From Rhina ancylostomus (lineage: Eukaryota), in contig JARFYF010000104.1 in NCBI GenBank assembly GCA_030265395.1, positions 79,498,013 through 79,562,012 on the forward strand: a stretch of DNA of 64,000 nt. The letters run 5' to 3'. Position 1 is the stretch's first letter, and every line of letters begins with the position of its first letter. Positions 38,641 through 51,470 of the stretch are shown piece after piece. The notes beneath the pieces are model-generated. The model saw only the letters and a program-made list of their open reading frames with translations. It did not search any database and was not told the DNA's origin. The position numbers and the translations under genes were made by a program.

Positions 38641-41600
38641 NNNNNNNNNGCACAGATTAGAGTAGCCGGGGGGAGGGGTGACAGTGGGTGGTAGTCGGTA
38701 ACATAACATTGATCAAAACTAGAAAGCAGCCACACCCCACTGTAAACGATCTCCACCCATGACCACCACATACAATATCATCTTCCCATAAAGATAAGGC
38801 GAAAACTTACTAGCACGGCAGTCATGGACAGGAATATCTCTATTTGCATTATATTTCTCATTGCACAACTTGTTTCATTTTCTGTTCTACAGCCCACAGA
38901 ATGCATTGTATGATCTATTCTCCGAATTGTTGGTGACACTTAGACAGGTTCTGTGTGTTCTTGTGATTACAATTAACAGAAAAGTGCGATGAAGTCACTT
39001 GGGCGAATCAGTAGAGGTTTGATGTGACGGGTAAGCGTATGTTATAATATGGTTTAAATAGCCATGACCAGATTTTAACTGGTGAAGTTTTACCTTAAAG
39101 TACGAATATTTCCATTCTTTCTAGACTTTAACGCTTTGCTGTCATCGCTGTTGGTGCTTATCTCGTCAGGTCTCTATCCTTTTCCGTCACGAACATGTTT
39201 TATGCTCTGTTTCCTTCATCACTAACTCCTTTTTCATTCCTGGGTCCAGGTTTCATTGTCCTTCTCCTAACACCTTTTGTTCAGCAGCTGACCTATGTTT
39301 CCAAAGAACCATTTACATTCTTTCAACGCGCGATTGGAATATTCAGGTTTGAGATTCAGTGGCCGGTCATTTAATCAACAGCCCGCGCTCCCCCCGCAAG
39401 ACCCCTTTCAATCCGAGCAGATTCTGAGAAACTAGCTGCTCTGTTTGGATTGTGTCTCTATCTAATGCGGTGCATATTCTACTAACTCCAGTGGGGCAGC
39501 GCTGGAAATGTTTTGACTGGCGTCATTTTGACAAGGTCGTCCGTCATCTAGTCTATAGATTGATAACACACAGCGAAAAGACAAACACAATCACGCGGAA
39601 AGGAATTTTGGTGCGAAATAAAGTTGACTATGAAATATTTGCTTCACTTAAAAAGAATGCATTATGCCAACGCGCTTTCAAAATACTCTGAACTCTGAAC
39701 TTCAGGTTACTAAAGCAACGACTGATGGTGCGCACTCTACTAATACACTGAACTGGACACCATTAACATTGCAGTCGTGATCGTATTGGCAGTTAACGGT
39801 GAACCGATCTTTTAGACTTTATGCGATTTACTTCTCATTCGTATCATAAGATGATACAACGGGCGCCAGACCCAAGCTTGAGGGTTATAATTACCAACAC
39901 CGAGCAAAGATAGAGTGGAACTTAGAAAACATTCGTCATAAGGACTTGGTCATATTATATTCTCACGTTCATTGTGTATGTATGGGAGTCCAAATTATTA
40001 TAATAAACAGAATAGACGGAACCCCCATGAAACGCTATGGTTACCGATTGTAGTGGTGTCTCTTACTATTTACATCATTTGCCATTGATTTGGATATCGA
40101 CTGGTAATCTGCGTACAGAAATTACAGAGACAATCATGAGCGTGTAATATGTGCAATATGATACTGGGGAATATATACTTATAGAAGCAGCGTGTTGACT
40201 TTCTTTCATTTGAGGAATTCGAACCACACAACACAATTGTTATTTCAATAACTCACAGATGGGGAACGAGCATCAAGAAAATACTCAAGCTCTTTTTATG
40301 TTAAATTGTAATTCTATTGTTAGTCTGCTGCCCGTAACGTTCAGTTTTGTCACCTTTACAAATCTGATTTCAATTAAAGAAAATAAAAGAACAATATAAT
40401 GGGGTGGGAAATAAAACCTCTTTTCACTGGGGAATTTTTGAACTTGGGAGGCAAAGAGCAATAAAGGAGCTCACTAGCTGTCTGATTAAGAAGAGTCCTC
40501 TGGGAGAAATTGCAAAGTCTTACATGTCCGTCTGTTTGTCAAAGTGTCCAACAGCAGCCAGGTCAGTTCGTTAATGCATTCTGTCGATTATAGCAAAAAA
40601 ATGTAAATTTATTTAAGCAAAGTCTAATTGCTGCAATACATCGTATTCCTCGCGTTTAGCAACACGCTGACATTTACTTGATTGATGAATTCTGCTTATA
40701 TGCGATGTGTTTAACCGATCTGATAACAACGTGAAATTAATATTCAGGTTATATTTCGTTTATTGTACCTGGCTGCTTTGTGTAAACCACTGTGCAAAAA
40801 TGGAAAATCAACATTTCTCACAGTGTTACGCATTGTGATTTCCGCTAACGGGTCAAAAACAGACTAGGTTTTCAAAATAATCACATCCTATAAAACAATT
40901 AGATTATCAGTTCTATGTATCTGTATGCATTGTGTGTGTAAAAATCTGATCCAACAATCGATGTGGATATTCCAAGCAAATTTGTTGGACTGAAATAAGG
41001 CGCACTGTATTAAATGCAGAGAGCACACTCATGTTTTTCTTCATTGATTAATGACTTCTAAAATAAAACATGCGGGAATGGGAGCTGCGATCGATAAATT
41101 AACTACCGAAATTCATCATTTTCTCGCGTAAAATATCCAGAGCAAGACACAATTTTTTGACATGTCCCACAAGGTAGAAGCGAGGCAAGGTTCGATCTGG
41201 ATTGCTGGTTATTAGAAAATCTGATTCCATTTGACACCCAATTAAAAGTTTGTATTTCTTGTTAATTAATTCTCTTGATCGGTCAAGACAAATAGAGGGT
41301 TCATTTTGACAGGAGTCCGATAAAGAATTCAACAGCGTTTCTTCGCCGGGGTGTCTCCTGATTATAGTTTTAAGGTCACGGCTACATGGGTTTATAATTC
41401 ATTAATACAGACATTTATTCAGACGGGAGTAATGAAGACCGCACTCCCTTGCATCATCTGGACTTATTTTGGGTGTAGAAAAGAAAGAGAAATTCTAACA
41501 AATTGTAAACTTGCTAGTGGATGGTTCGAGATTAAAATTGCAGCCTATATACAAATCTAATCAGTCCACTGTAACAATTCACTCGAAAAGGCAAACGTAT

Positions 41601-42267
41601 TTGTAAACAATTTTGCAAACATTCAATCATTATCATTAACGCGAAACTTTAAAAATGTGCGGTTCTTGTGAACTTCGTGGCGTGACTCAACACTTTCCAC
41701 TAACTTCCCAACCTTAACAAACCCTGCAGGGTGTGGGCGTCGGGTGGACGGGGGATGTTATGATGTGGGCAGGACAGTAGGGTGAATGGGTAGGGGGTTG
41801 TTATTACAGGATACTATGACCTTGTATCGATAATCTTTGGCTTTCAGCTTAGCGTGCCTACAAAAATAAATTCTCTTACTCTTTATGTGTACTTTAGTGA
41901 ACATAAAAGTTACTGCGGGGATATTATTGACGGCAGTTTAGTTGAAGTGTTGGGCTGGGGCTGGCGCTGTCTTCGTTGCGGGTCAGTTTGGCTTTCTGAA
42001 AGTGTGCTTCACTTAATTCTGAACCACCTGAGCTCTTTTCATGCTTAGTAGTTTAAACTTTTTCCGCAGTCGATGGACAATTCAATGCCGGGTTGAAACA
42101 CTCGAAATGAGGAACGGTGCGACAAGCTCTCGGTATTTATAAGGAAAAATATCAAAAACAAAAGGCTGCCGCTATCTACGTGAGACCTGTGATAGGAAAA
42201 ATAATTATTTCTGCAAACGTATTACGGACCACTATCTAGGTGCAGATATGTGGCATAATATGACAAA

Positions 42268-42532
42268 ACATCGAACTGATAATAGGCCCTTCGGCCCACG
42301 ATGTTGTGCCGAACTAATTAAACTAGTAACCAAACGCTTAACTACATCAATCCTTTCTACCTACACAATGTCTATATCGCTCCATTCTCTGTAGATTCAG
42401 GTGCCTATTGAAGAGCCTCTTAAACGCATCCATCATATTTGCCACCACTGCAGTGCATTCCAGGCACCCAACACTCACTGTAAAACACTTGCCCCGCACA
42501 TCTCCTTTGAACTTATCCCTTCTCACCCTAAT
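42268..42532 (-). mobile_element. CR1-type LINE tail
   Basis: aggcccttcggcccacgatgttgtgccgaac...cttgccccgcacatctcctttgaacttatccctctcacc-like tail. CpGs are retained. Confidence 0.8.
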
Positions 42533-44289
42533 GATGGCAATTAAAGAATGGGAACATATTGCCGTTATTAAAAAGACATTTCCTATCGGTTACACTTCAA
42601 TGTAATCTCTACATAACTAGCAGAACTGTAACATATGAGAGACCATAACCATAAACAACACTAATGCACTAAATCACCTTTCAGGTACGCACATGTTTCT
42701 TATACCATCTGAGGACTTGTTCCAAAACAATGCAGATTTGTGGCTCCTTCATACTNNNNNNNNNNCTTTCTGGTGATGTACTATATGAATTTTGTGAGCT
42801 TCTGATCACACAAGTTGCTCGGAATTAATGATAAATTACGGCAAAAGTCCACTGCCTCTGAATGATGTGCTATAGTGGAAGCACGATTAATAACGACAAT
42901 GGAGTAATTCGCCACTGTGGAATTGATAAGCCGTCCACGTGCAGCAATATCAGCTATAAATGGAATCATAATTATCGTGTGTGACTCCCTCGGTGTCTTG
43001 GTGACTTTCATATCACGCTATTTATTACAAATCTTAGAGAACGTCATCCAACGTTAAGCATATGTACTGTACACAATGGACTGTGAATTCATTCGGTAAA
43101 TTAGACAGTCGAGCACAGAAATCGAATTGCAAATATGTAGCTAAACTCTTAACGAACTTCGCGGTTGGAAAACATTTGAGAGAAATCGCTCTTCGACAAC
43201 AGTGAGGTGCCCAGCACCGAAATTCAGCGATTCTCGCCAGTAGTCTGAACAAACCCAAGGGGGCGCAGCTCCTCACGCTTTCAAATCTTCGCCCGATCCT
43301 TAGCTTAAAGGGACGGCATTCGCCTTTGCACATGGCTGCCTCATACTGCCTCCTACTATACCCGAAGATAAAGTCACCTGATCAGAGTCTGGATTTGTGT
43401 CAGAGTTGTCGACGACCCCGTTTGCATGTCGATCTGCTTTGATTTGTGAGCAACAAAAAGGACGATTCTAAAGTCTCTTAGCTGGGCCACTGAACTGGGC
43501 TTTGTAGATTGAAGCATTCCCAAAAGAAGTTTTATTTTTGTTTTCGCTGAGATTGGTATCGGCGCGGTCGCTGTTTCGAAGGCACCCTTCTCGAAGACTT
43601 CGATGCAAACGTCAATCTGCTACAGGTATGCTTTGCTGGAAACTGTAGCATGGTCTACTCTAGTTCAATTGTCTCTCCAATTGATGTAAGTCAGTAAATT
43701 GATACTGTGAACACTCGGTTACATTGTTCCTAGTGCATCCGAGTTCTCCTTACACCCCACTATTCACTCATATTCTCGCTTTTGACAAATTTTTGACCCA
43801 GGGAGGCTGGATTTGGTAGCTATGTAGATCTTTGTGGCAATGCATCTTGTATACTTCGTTAGAAATGCTGAACTTGCACTTAAAAGTTGATATTAAATAC
43901 AAATGCAGTGTAAGAATTGGCGAAGGGAACATTTGTAGGTCCAGAGAACTACTTGGAATTGGTCGGCCCAAATCTATCCAACCGTTTTAGATAAATACGA
44001 AGTGATAACTGGAATGGACATTTCTGCTGTCAGCTCGCAATCTTAAGTCCGCAGGTCCTTTATGGAGGTGTAGGACGAGTTAACCGATGGCTGACGATTT
44101 ATATTCAAAACATTGGTCGACCTGACCTGACCAGTTTCTGGGAGATTATATGCTCGTTCCACAACTATATCCAGAACCGACATTTGGTAATTACACAGTT
44201 TTTATTAAATCTAGAAATGGGCCAAATGAAAAGGGGCCATTAGTAATTTCTTTTGATGATTAGCACGAATAAATATGCTGAACAACTGA

Positions 44290-44380
44290 TTAAGTTGAGT
44301 TTAATGTCATATGCATAGGTAAGGTAAAGTACAGGTGCAATGAAAATCTTGCTTGCAGCAGCATCACAGGCACGTAGGTT
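44290..44380 (-). mobile_element. Short Rex1-like LINE tail fragment
   Basis: gagtttaatgtcatatgca...tacaggtgcaatgaaaatcttgcttgcagcagcatcacagg resembles the 3' ends of Rex1-type elements. Confidence 0.4.
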
Positions 44381-45889
44381 CTTACTCTTTAGGTCACGAG
44401 TGATTAATTATAAAACATAATTTTCTAAATAATCCGAATATCAGGAAAATCCGATGGTTATCCATTGAGGGGTATTCTTGACAATGGAACTATTCACACT
44501 CCTAGGTTTAATGCTATCGTTGGAGGCACAGAATTCTACTTCAGATATGTAATCAGTAGTTGGTTTTAGGAAATCCATATTACTGGAGTCAGGAGTCAGT
44601 CTACACTTCGGAGAGAACGCTCAGTGACTCGAAACTCCTTACTGCTTCACTGGCTGATGGCACCTGAAGTTTTAAAAGAGGATGACTATATTTTAATGGG
44701 ATGTAAAGACATTTGACGTTAAACCCATCGTTTTAACGTGATNNNNNNNNNNTGATTCTGTTGTATCATAAAGCTGGGAGAAATTATCAGTATTACAAAC
44801 CAGTTAAGATTTGGAGAGGCGGTTGAATTATTGACGGTTTGGATTTAATTGCCTCGCATTCACAAATCATTCAAGAGACATCTACAGTTTCAGTAACTTT
44901 TTAAATATTATTTCTGGTTCATCCAAAGGCAATTTAGAATTTGAACAGGTGTTACATTCATTATGATCAGAAAATAGTGGCATTTCGACCTCAGACGTTT
45001 TCCAGGATAACTACACTATACTAGTATTTACTTGTTACTTGTCTTGAAAAGCCGCTTTCCGTGGGTGTGGTGTTGTGACTGGAGGGTGTGGTAGTTGGGG
45101 AAGGAGATGTCTTCCCCACATATAAATGTTCTGAAACTATGTCGGAGAATGTTCACTCCAAACAACTTCCGCGCCTTTTCCGTATCACGACGCGATGCTT
45201 ATGTTCTGTGGAAATGAATAAAATTACATTAAATGTAGTATTTGAAAGTTTAATATTTTTTAAAGAATGTCAATGATAAATCATAAATTCAATATGCAAA
45301 GTGAATCCTGCATGTTACGTTATTAAGAAGTAACATTAATATGGTGTGAGGTCGGTGGAACTTGCGTTGATGGAAACTGCCAATAACATCGGTGATGCAA
45401 CAGCACACTAACAAATACAGAAAAAAATAACTTCGCACAATTTAGTGTTGGCATTTAAGCATAACGCCTGCTAAAGGGAAGTACTACCATGTAAAAAGGA
45501 TTCCATGAGATCTAAAAGTGCGTAAGTATGGCCATTCTCTGGCAAGTAATCTGTCTCACCCAATATTTGAAATGACGATTTGAATGGATTCAATGTGAAC
45601 ATATTATATGTGTCGCCTTGATCGCAATGGATGGAATAGATATAAACTATATTTCAAATACTAAACTCTTCCAGTCATTAAATTCACTTTATTGGGATCA
45701 TTGCATGTTGTCATTTTGCTACTGGCGATTTTTCATTCCAACAAATTTCATTTAACCTAACGTTCCTCCTTTCGAGTTTTCGGTCATAAGAAACATAGTT
45801 TCCTCAACTTAAATCGGGAAGACAAAGCGAAGGTGTCAGATAACAGCGTGAAAAAACAAAACTGGTTAAGTAAACCAGTCAGCAACTCT

Positions 45890-45975
45890 GGAGACACAAA
45901 AGACTGCAGGTGCTGGAATCTGGAGCAACCCACAAGACCCGCTGAGTTCCACCAGCATCTTGTGCGTTGCTCCCA
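45890..45975. mobile_element. Short Penelope-like/MITE-like repeat with internal inverted arms
   Basis: gagacacaaaagactgcaggtgctggaatctggagcaac..., same family as the copies at 18589, 51352 and 60245. Confidence 0.7.
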
Positions 45976-47099
45976 GTAACTTTGTCCGAATTTTAAAGGT
46001 TGGAGGAGGAAGAAAGGACATAAAAATGTAAAGAGTTCTACTATTTGGACTATCTTGGGAAGAATGTGTTGGCAGTGGAGATTCTGTACCTATCTGACTT
46101 TTAATACATTACATGCAGGGAGGAAGAACAGGATCCAGGTAGCCAGGATCAGGTTTTGGAATGTGAGTGGGGTGGAGGTTGGATGCAGTAAAAGAGAAGG
46201 ATATGTGGGTATAGTTGGCTCAAATATCAGATTACTGTCTGCCACAGGATGGCAATCTCCCAGTGTCAAGTGTGTCATTTTAGAATAAACAAAGTTAAAT
46301 TCATTTTCATCTTTTCCAAAGGAACTTTGCTTTATGGCTTCGTGCTATTCCAGTTCTCAAAGATGATAGTGATCACATATTGACGAGTGTCTCCAAAATG
46401 AGAAAAACTTTGGTGTTCAAGAGAAGTCTTAAGAAATGCAAAATGAGTAGAAAAAAAAGTCATCAAAAAGGTGAAAAGTGATGCAAACAAACAAGTAATG
46501 TTTAACATATTAATGAATTTCAGAAGGAGCATAAATGGATCTAGCATCTCCAGTTACCATGGAAGTACACAAGTGAATTGTGCAGATACCGATGTGAGCA
46601 GGATGCCCTCTGCAAGCATGAATAATCAGAGTAAAGTCAATGACTTTGAGACAAAAGAGAAGGGAGTTATAGACTATTAAGATTTCTCATCCCCTTCAGA
46701 TGGATTTTTTAAATAAATATTAAAGTGAAGAGGAAGGGCTGCCAGAGGAAATGAGCAGCTGGTAATTATGAGGAATCATTGGAAACTGGAGCTTGATGCC
46801 AATAGATCACAGAGAAATTAATGTGCCCACACTAAGAAAGGATGAAAATTTAGACATACCTCATTAGTTTTATTTCAATTCCATGTGAAATATTGGGAAC
46901 AGAAGTAAACATGTGGATTGTCTGTCCAATATTAATGTAGCAAACACACATCAGCATGGATTCAGAAGGAGAGCAGCTCACCCAACCAAGATCTTTGACC
47001 TAATGAGAAAATGACAACCCAAAAGATCTGTGGAGATCCATAAGACATAGGAGTACACAGACTTCTACAAAGGTCAGACAACATTTTGTAAAACTGAAA

Positions 47100-48170
47100 A
47101 CTATGAGAATTCTGTGAAAATCTTGGGAATGGATTGGCTGACATTTAGAAAGAAAAGATTCATGTCAAGCTGGAGGGAAGTACTGAGTGTGGTTTCCAAG
47201 GCTTGTTGGGACTACTACTCTTTCTACATTATATAAATGTATATTATTTTAAATCACAACACTGATATAAATGGAGCAAATATGGAAATGGTATCAAACT
47301 AGAATTGGAAGAGAAACAGAGTTAAGGATTCATATAAATGACCATCAGACACATCATTGACCTGAAATGTTAACTCTATTTTTCACTCCACAGATACTGC
47401 CTGACCTGTTGCGTATCTTCATCATTTTCTGTTTTTATTTCAGATTTCAAGCATTTGCAGTTTTTGTTTTGCTTTTAGAGCTGAAAGAAGCACCTTAGAA
47501 ATTATGGAATGAATTTGACAAAATATTTGATTGGGTCAAACAATAACAAATAACATTTATGACATTAAATTTAAGACAGATAAATATAAAGTGCTTTACA
47601 AAGAATCAAAAGTGCTGACATATTTCATTTTGTAATATCAAGGAAAACTAGAGAGATCTAGGAGGATTAATAGAAAAGACTGACAACATGTTCAATGGCT
47701 GCACAGCAGCAATCAACAAAGTCAATAAAAGTTCAACTAAATACTTAAAAACAGATAAGCAACATGTTTAATCTTCCTTGTGTTAAAAAAAACTGTGTTA
47801 ATGCAGAACAAAAAAAGAGCATTGAGGACTTTGCAACAAAATCCTGCACAGTTTTCCCACTGACCTATCACCACAGGTTGAAGACATGCCAAAATCCAAA
47901 TGAAGTAGTGTAAGTTGTATTAATGCCATTTTCCCATGGTTTCCACATTCTTCAAGTGAAATTACATCATCTGAGTGGGATGATCAAAAAATCCTCATCT
48001 TAGAAAGTAGGTATCTGGAAGGAAATCTTAGAGAGATACAGAAAAGTAAGGAAATGGATAAATAAATATGGAATTTAATTTAAACCATTAGAAAAGAAAA
48101 TGTAGCAAACATATAAAAAGAATGATCAGAAAGTTCTTCACACAAAGAATGATAAATGTTTGAAAACAAT
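47100..48170 (+). mobile_element. Very old CR1-like fragment with a nested short repeat (47340-47470, minus)
   Basis: W+EVLS.V.QG.L.LGxLLF-like and ERDLG-like remnants. The nested repeat cacagatactgcctgacctgttg...ttcagatttcaagcatttgcag is related to the Penelope-like family. Confidence 0.5.
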
Positions 48171-49979
48171 GGATTGTGTGTATCTGTCTGCACATGTGTG
48201 TTGGGTAAGTACTGCACTAAGGGTTTTTATGCATGCCCATACAACTATGGTCTCTTTTATCTACAATTATCTTGCAATTTTATCACTATAGTAAAAGGGA
48301 TGCTTTGAAGCAGTCTGGAATAATTTAGTGGTTTCATGACATAACTAAGTGTGATCTACAGGTGGACTAATGCAAAACACAAATCCTAATGCTGTTAGTT
48401 TAGTTTAAAATGTGCCTCCAGCACGTCGTGTCTCATTGGCTCTCAGTAACTATATTACACCTTACCATGTCATCTATATTTGATTTCAAATAAAAAACCT
48501 GGTAGTCAGCACTATCTGTATTGATAGGTTAATACCACAAACTGGTTTAGAACTGATGTCTAATAATCATAAGTTTGTTTCTCATTATCATTTAACATTT
48601 AACACCTAATTACCATTTCTGTTTTATACACCTTTAGCCATGTTTGGATTACCGCTAAAAGAACGGGAAAGGCTGGAGGAAAGTTTGGGGGAAAGCATAT
48701 TATGTAGAATAGACGAGACTCCACAGATGTGGTGCTGAAAACGTGAGAAGTACTCTGTTTCACAATATATAACAATCCAGGGCATGCAATGCACCGTAAA
48801 TTTCTGAGTAACATATTCACTAATAGATTATTAATATGTACATAATTTCCTCAAATGGCGAATCGTTACCTGTTTTACCTAATCTCCATCTGGTATCATT
48901 AATACTCATTTAAATTCCGATACATTGGTGGATGCTTCATTTTCCCCGAAAGAAAATGCTCACTAAAGTTCTTCCGAATTCCCTCAGCAACTTCGGCAGC
49001 AGCTCGGCCGATATTCCCGATGATTTTTGAAAGGGGAGATACGGCCGGAGATCCGGGAATGCCAGTGGAAATTCTAATAATCAAACATATGGAATGCAAA
49101 GCTACAAGGTCATTGCCAAATATTTGTTGCTCCCAGTACCCCAATGAGGCATTTCAGCAATTACGTTCAATCTAAATCAAATACACTTTAAAAAAGGATA
49201 TGATTATTATACAGCATGTGGTTGTCCCAAAGGACTTGAAAAGCCAACTAAGAACTTGTATGATATATGAGGTCTATGATTTATTCAGTGTAACTTTAGT
49301 GTAAAATGAATCAGTAATTTTGATAGGGCTTTTTACTACCTTAAAGGCCCTTAAATTCGAGTTATTAATGACGATTAAGTTTTAATTGCCTGGAATGACA
49401 ATTTGCTATCCAAGTACATAAGGGCATAAGGGTGCCAGAAGCGATAAAAACTCTAAAAGGAATTCATTTCTACTGAATTGATGTGGTGGACCCTAATCCT
49501 GACATGGACACAGTCAAGTATTTGCCAGAATGGAGTTTCTAATTACACTTACGTTTAATTTCTATATTCAAAATTTACGTTGCTCTGGTGAAAGCTGACA
49601 GGTTTTTTTGGTATCAACCGCCTCTTTCAAAACAAAAAGTGGTATTATATTCTCTGAATACATCCAAACGCAATGCACACGTATTCAGGAAGCCGTCGAC
49701 TACCCAAAGCAGCCCCTACAGTGATCTTTGGCTCAGCGGACTGTTGCTCTCGATTCAAATGAACTAGGAATGTACAATTTTGATTTCATATATCTTCCAT
49801 TATCATATTACATGGTCATTATAAAGCTAAGCTGCCATAACATTTTTGTATTGTGTCGATGCCAATAATTTAGTTTGTACTTAGCAGGGTGTAATATTAC
49901 CACCGTCAAATTGTCCCCGTGATTTCTGAACACTCCCACATTAAGATCACTGAATTCGCAGGAAGAAGGGAAAACAGAT

Positions 49980-50530
49980 AAAGCAGAGAAACACGTTGAA
50001 CCTCCCTCTATTTGTGGCGAATGGTGGAAAAACAGGGACACTGGGGAAAAAATTCAATAGTTGCGGGGTTGGAAGGTGGATGTTTTCCACTCATTGTGCC
50101 CGGGACTCCCGGAAAGGGCAGGACGCCTGCTTCGCTACGTCGCTGTGGCTTCTCCCAGCCGGAGGCGGAGCCACGTTGCCTGCGTGTGTTGGTCAGAGAC
50201 AATGTGAGAGCCGGGCAAAAGTTTATTTTCCACAGGATGAAATCGCAGTTGGTTTTGCTTTTCTTCGCCCTGTTTCTTCTAGATAGAAGCAGCGGCTTAA
50301 CAGCGAAGAAGCGAGGTCCGAAGGTAACAGCCAAGGTGGGTGCAAACGGTGCTACTGAGCGTGGGGCCAGGCACGGTACAGGCACGAACAGCGCCCCTCA
50401 CCCTGCTCGCTGTGCTGCTGCTCAGATTGACGGCTGATCTATCCAATGGAACAACAGCCTTTCAAAAGTCAGTGGTATCCCCCAATCAGCATCGGCATGC
50501 CAGGGTGATTCGACATTACATCGTGTAGAG
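49980..50530 (+). promoter_or_regulatory. PPIC promoter CpG island
   Basis: GC- and CpG-rich stretch spanning exon 1. GC box GGAGGCGGAG at 50161-50170, about 70 nt before the ATG. Confidence 0.7.
50237..50335 (+). CDS. PPIC: Cyclophilin C exon 1 (signal peptide)
   Basis: MKSQLVLLFFALFLLDRSSGLTAKKRGPKVTAK: hydrophobic signal peptide followed by the KRGP-x-VTAK motif of PPIC. Donor AAG|GTGGGT, 99 nt. Confidence 0.93.
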
Positions 50531-50899
50531 AGGCATGAGTTGAGTTCGGATGGTATTGGGATATAGTTCAGTTGCCTCTGAAAATTGAAAGATATATCTT
50601 GTATCCATGTGCAGTTAGAAAAGAAAACCTATAAGTTGCCGTCAATTATTCTACATTGTGCAACTTTTACAGATTGGTCAAGTGGCATCAACACATGATG
50701 AGCGAATTTGTGTGAACTTCAGCTGAAATATGCATTACATTTCCTGTAAAAAAAATATAGTGGGCATGTTAAGGCTGAGTTTTAATGGGATGCCAAATCA
50801 TAATTACTGCTGAGGTTAAGTAGTACCTTGTTTTTTATCCTTTTTCATTATCACTGCATGGCTTCACTCCACCCCATATATGTAATTTTCTCCAGCTCT

Positions 50900-51185
50900 A
50901 AAACCTTCAAGTATCTGATTTTCTTAGTCTGAGCTCTTCAGCTGCTCATTTGGGACCATGCCATCAGTTGCCAAAGGCCCAAGCTCTGGAATTCCACCCT
51001 TAAACCTCTATGCCTCGCTACAGATCTTTCCTCTTTTAAGACATTCCTTAAAACTGTTTGATAGTTTTGGTTATTCACCTTAAGATCTCCTGACTTGGTG
51101 TCTTGTTTTTATTGGTGCTACTACAAAGTGCTTTGGGATGATTTATTATGGTTGAGGTGCATATAAATGTATTTTGTGGTCGTTG
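50900..51185 (+). mobile_element. L2-type LINE 3' end
   Basis: cccaagctctggaattcc..cctaaacctct (P.LWNS.P motif), tcttttaagacattccttaaaac, and tail aaagtgctttgggatg...atataaatgta. Confidence 0.65.
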
Positions 51186-51351
51186 AGTAGACTTTCTGGT
51201 CTTGATAAACTAAAATGATTGGCACAATGTATTTTTTTTCTTTAATAAATTTCAGTATTGTAGTTTTTAGAGCTTATTTGTTATTTTGTGTTTTACTTTA
51301 CTGTACATATTTCCATAAATTGCTACTAAAATGTTAATTATAATGTGTAGT

Positions 51352-51470
51352 GACACAAGAGATTGCAGGTGCTGAAATCTGGAACAAAAAAACAAACTGC
51401 TGGAGGAACTCAGCAGGTCAAGCAGCATCTGTGTAGGCAAAGGGATGGCCGAGACCCTGCATCAGGACTT
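51352..51470 (+). mobile_element. Penelope-like short repeat
   Basis: gacacaagagattgcaggtgctgaaatctggaac...ctgctggaggaactcagcaggtcaagcagcatctgtg...ccctgcatcaggact. Confidence 0.7.

Larger units (their letters stand above)
32450..45900. promoter_or_regulatory. Large CpG-retaining domain around the PRDM6 5' end
   Basis: CG dinucleotides are visibly frequent in most lines of this interval despite AT-rich composition, and rare in 1-32400 and 52000-64000 (visual estimate, not counted). Confidence 0.7.

Noticed and set aside
43775-43830. Sm-site-like AATTTTTGAC suggesting an snRNA
   Set aside because: No other snRNA sequence or structure is recognisable, and the short motif is expected by chance.
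49996-50528. Several ORFs on both strands around the PPIC promoter
   Set aside because: By-products of CpG-island composition. Only the 50237-50335 segment has homology support.
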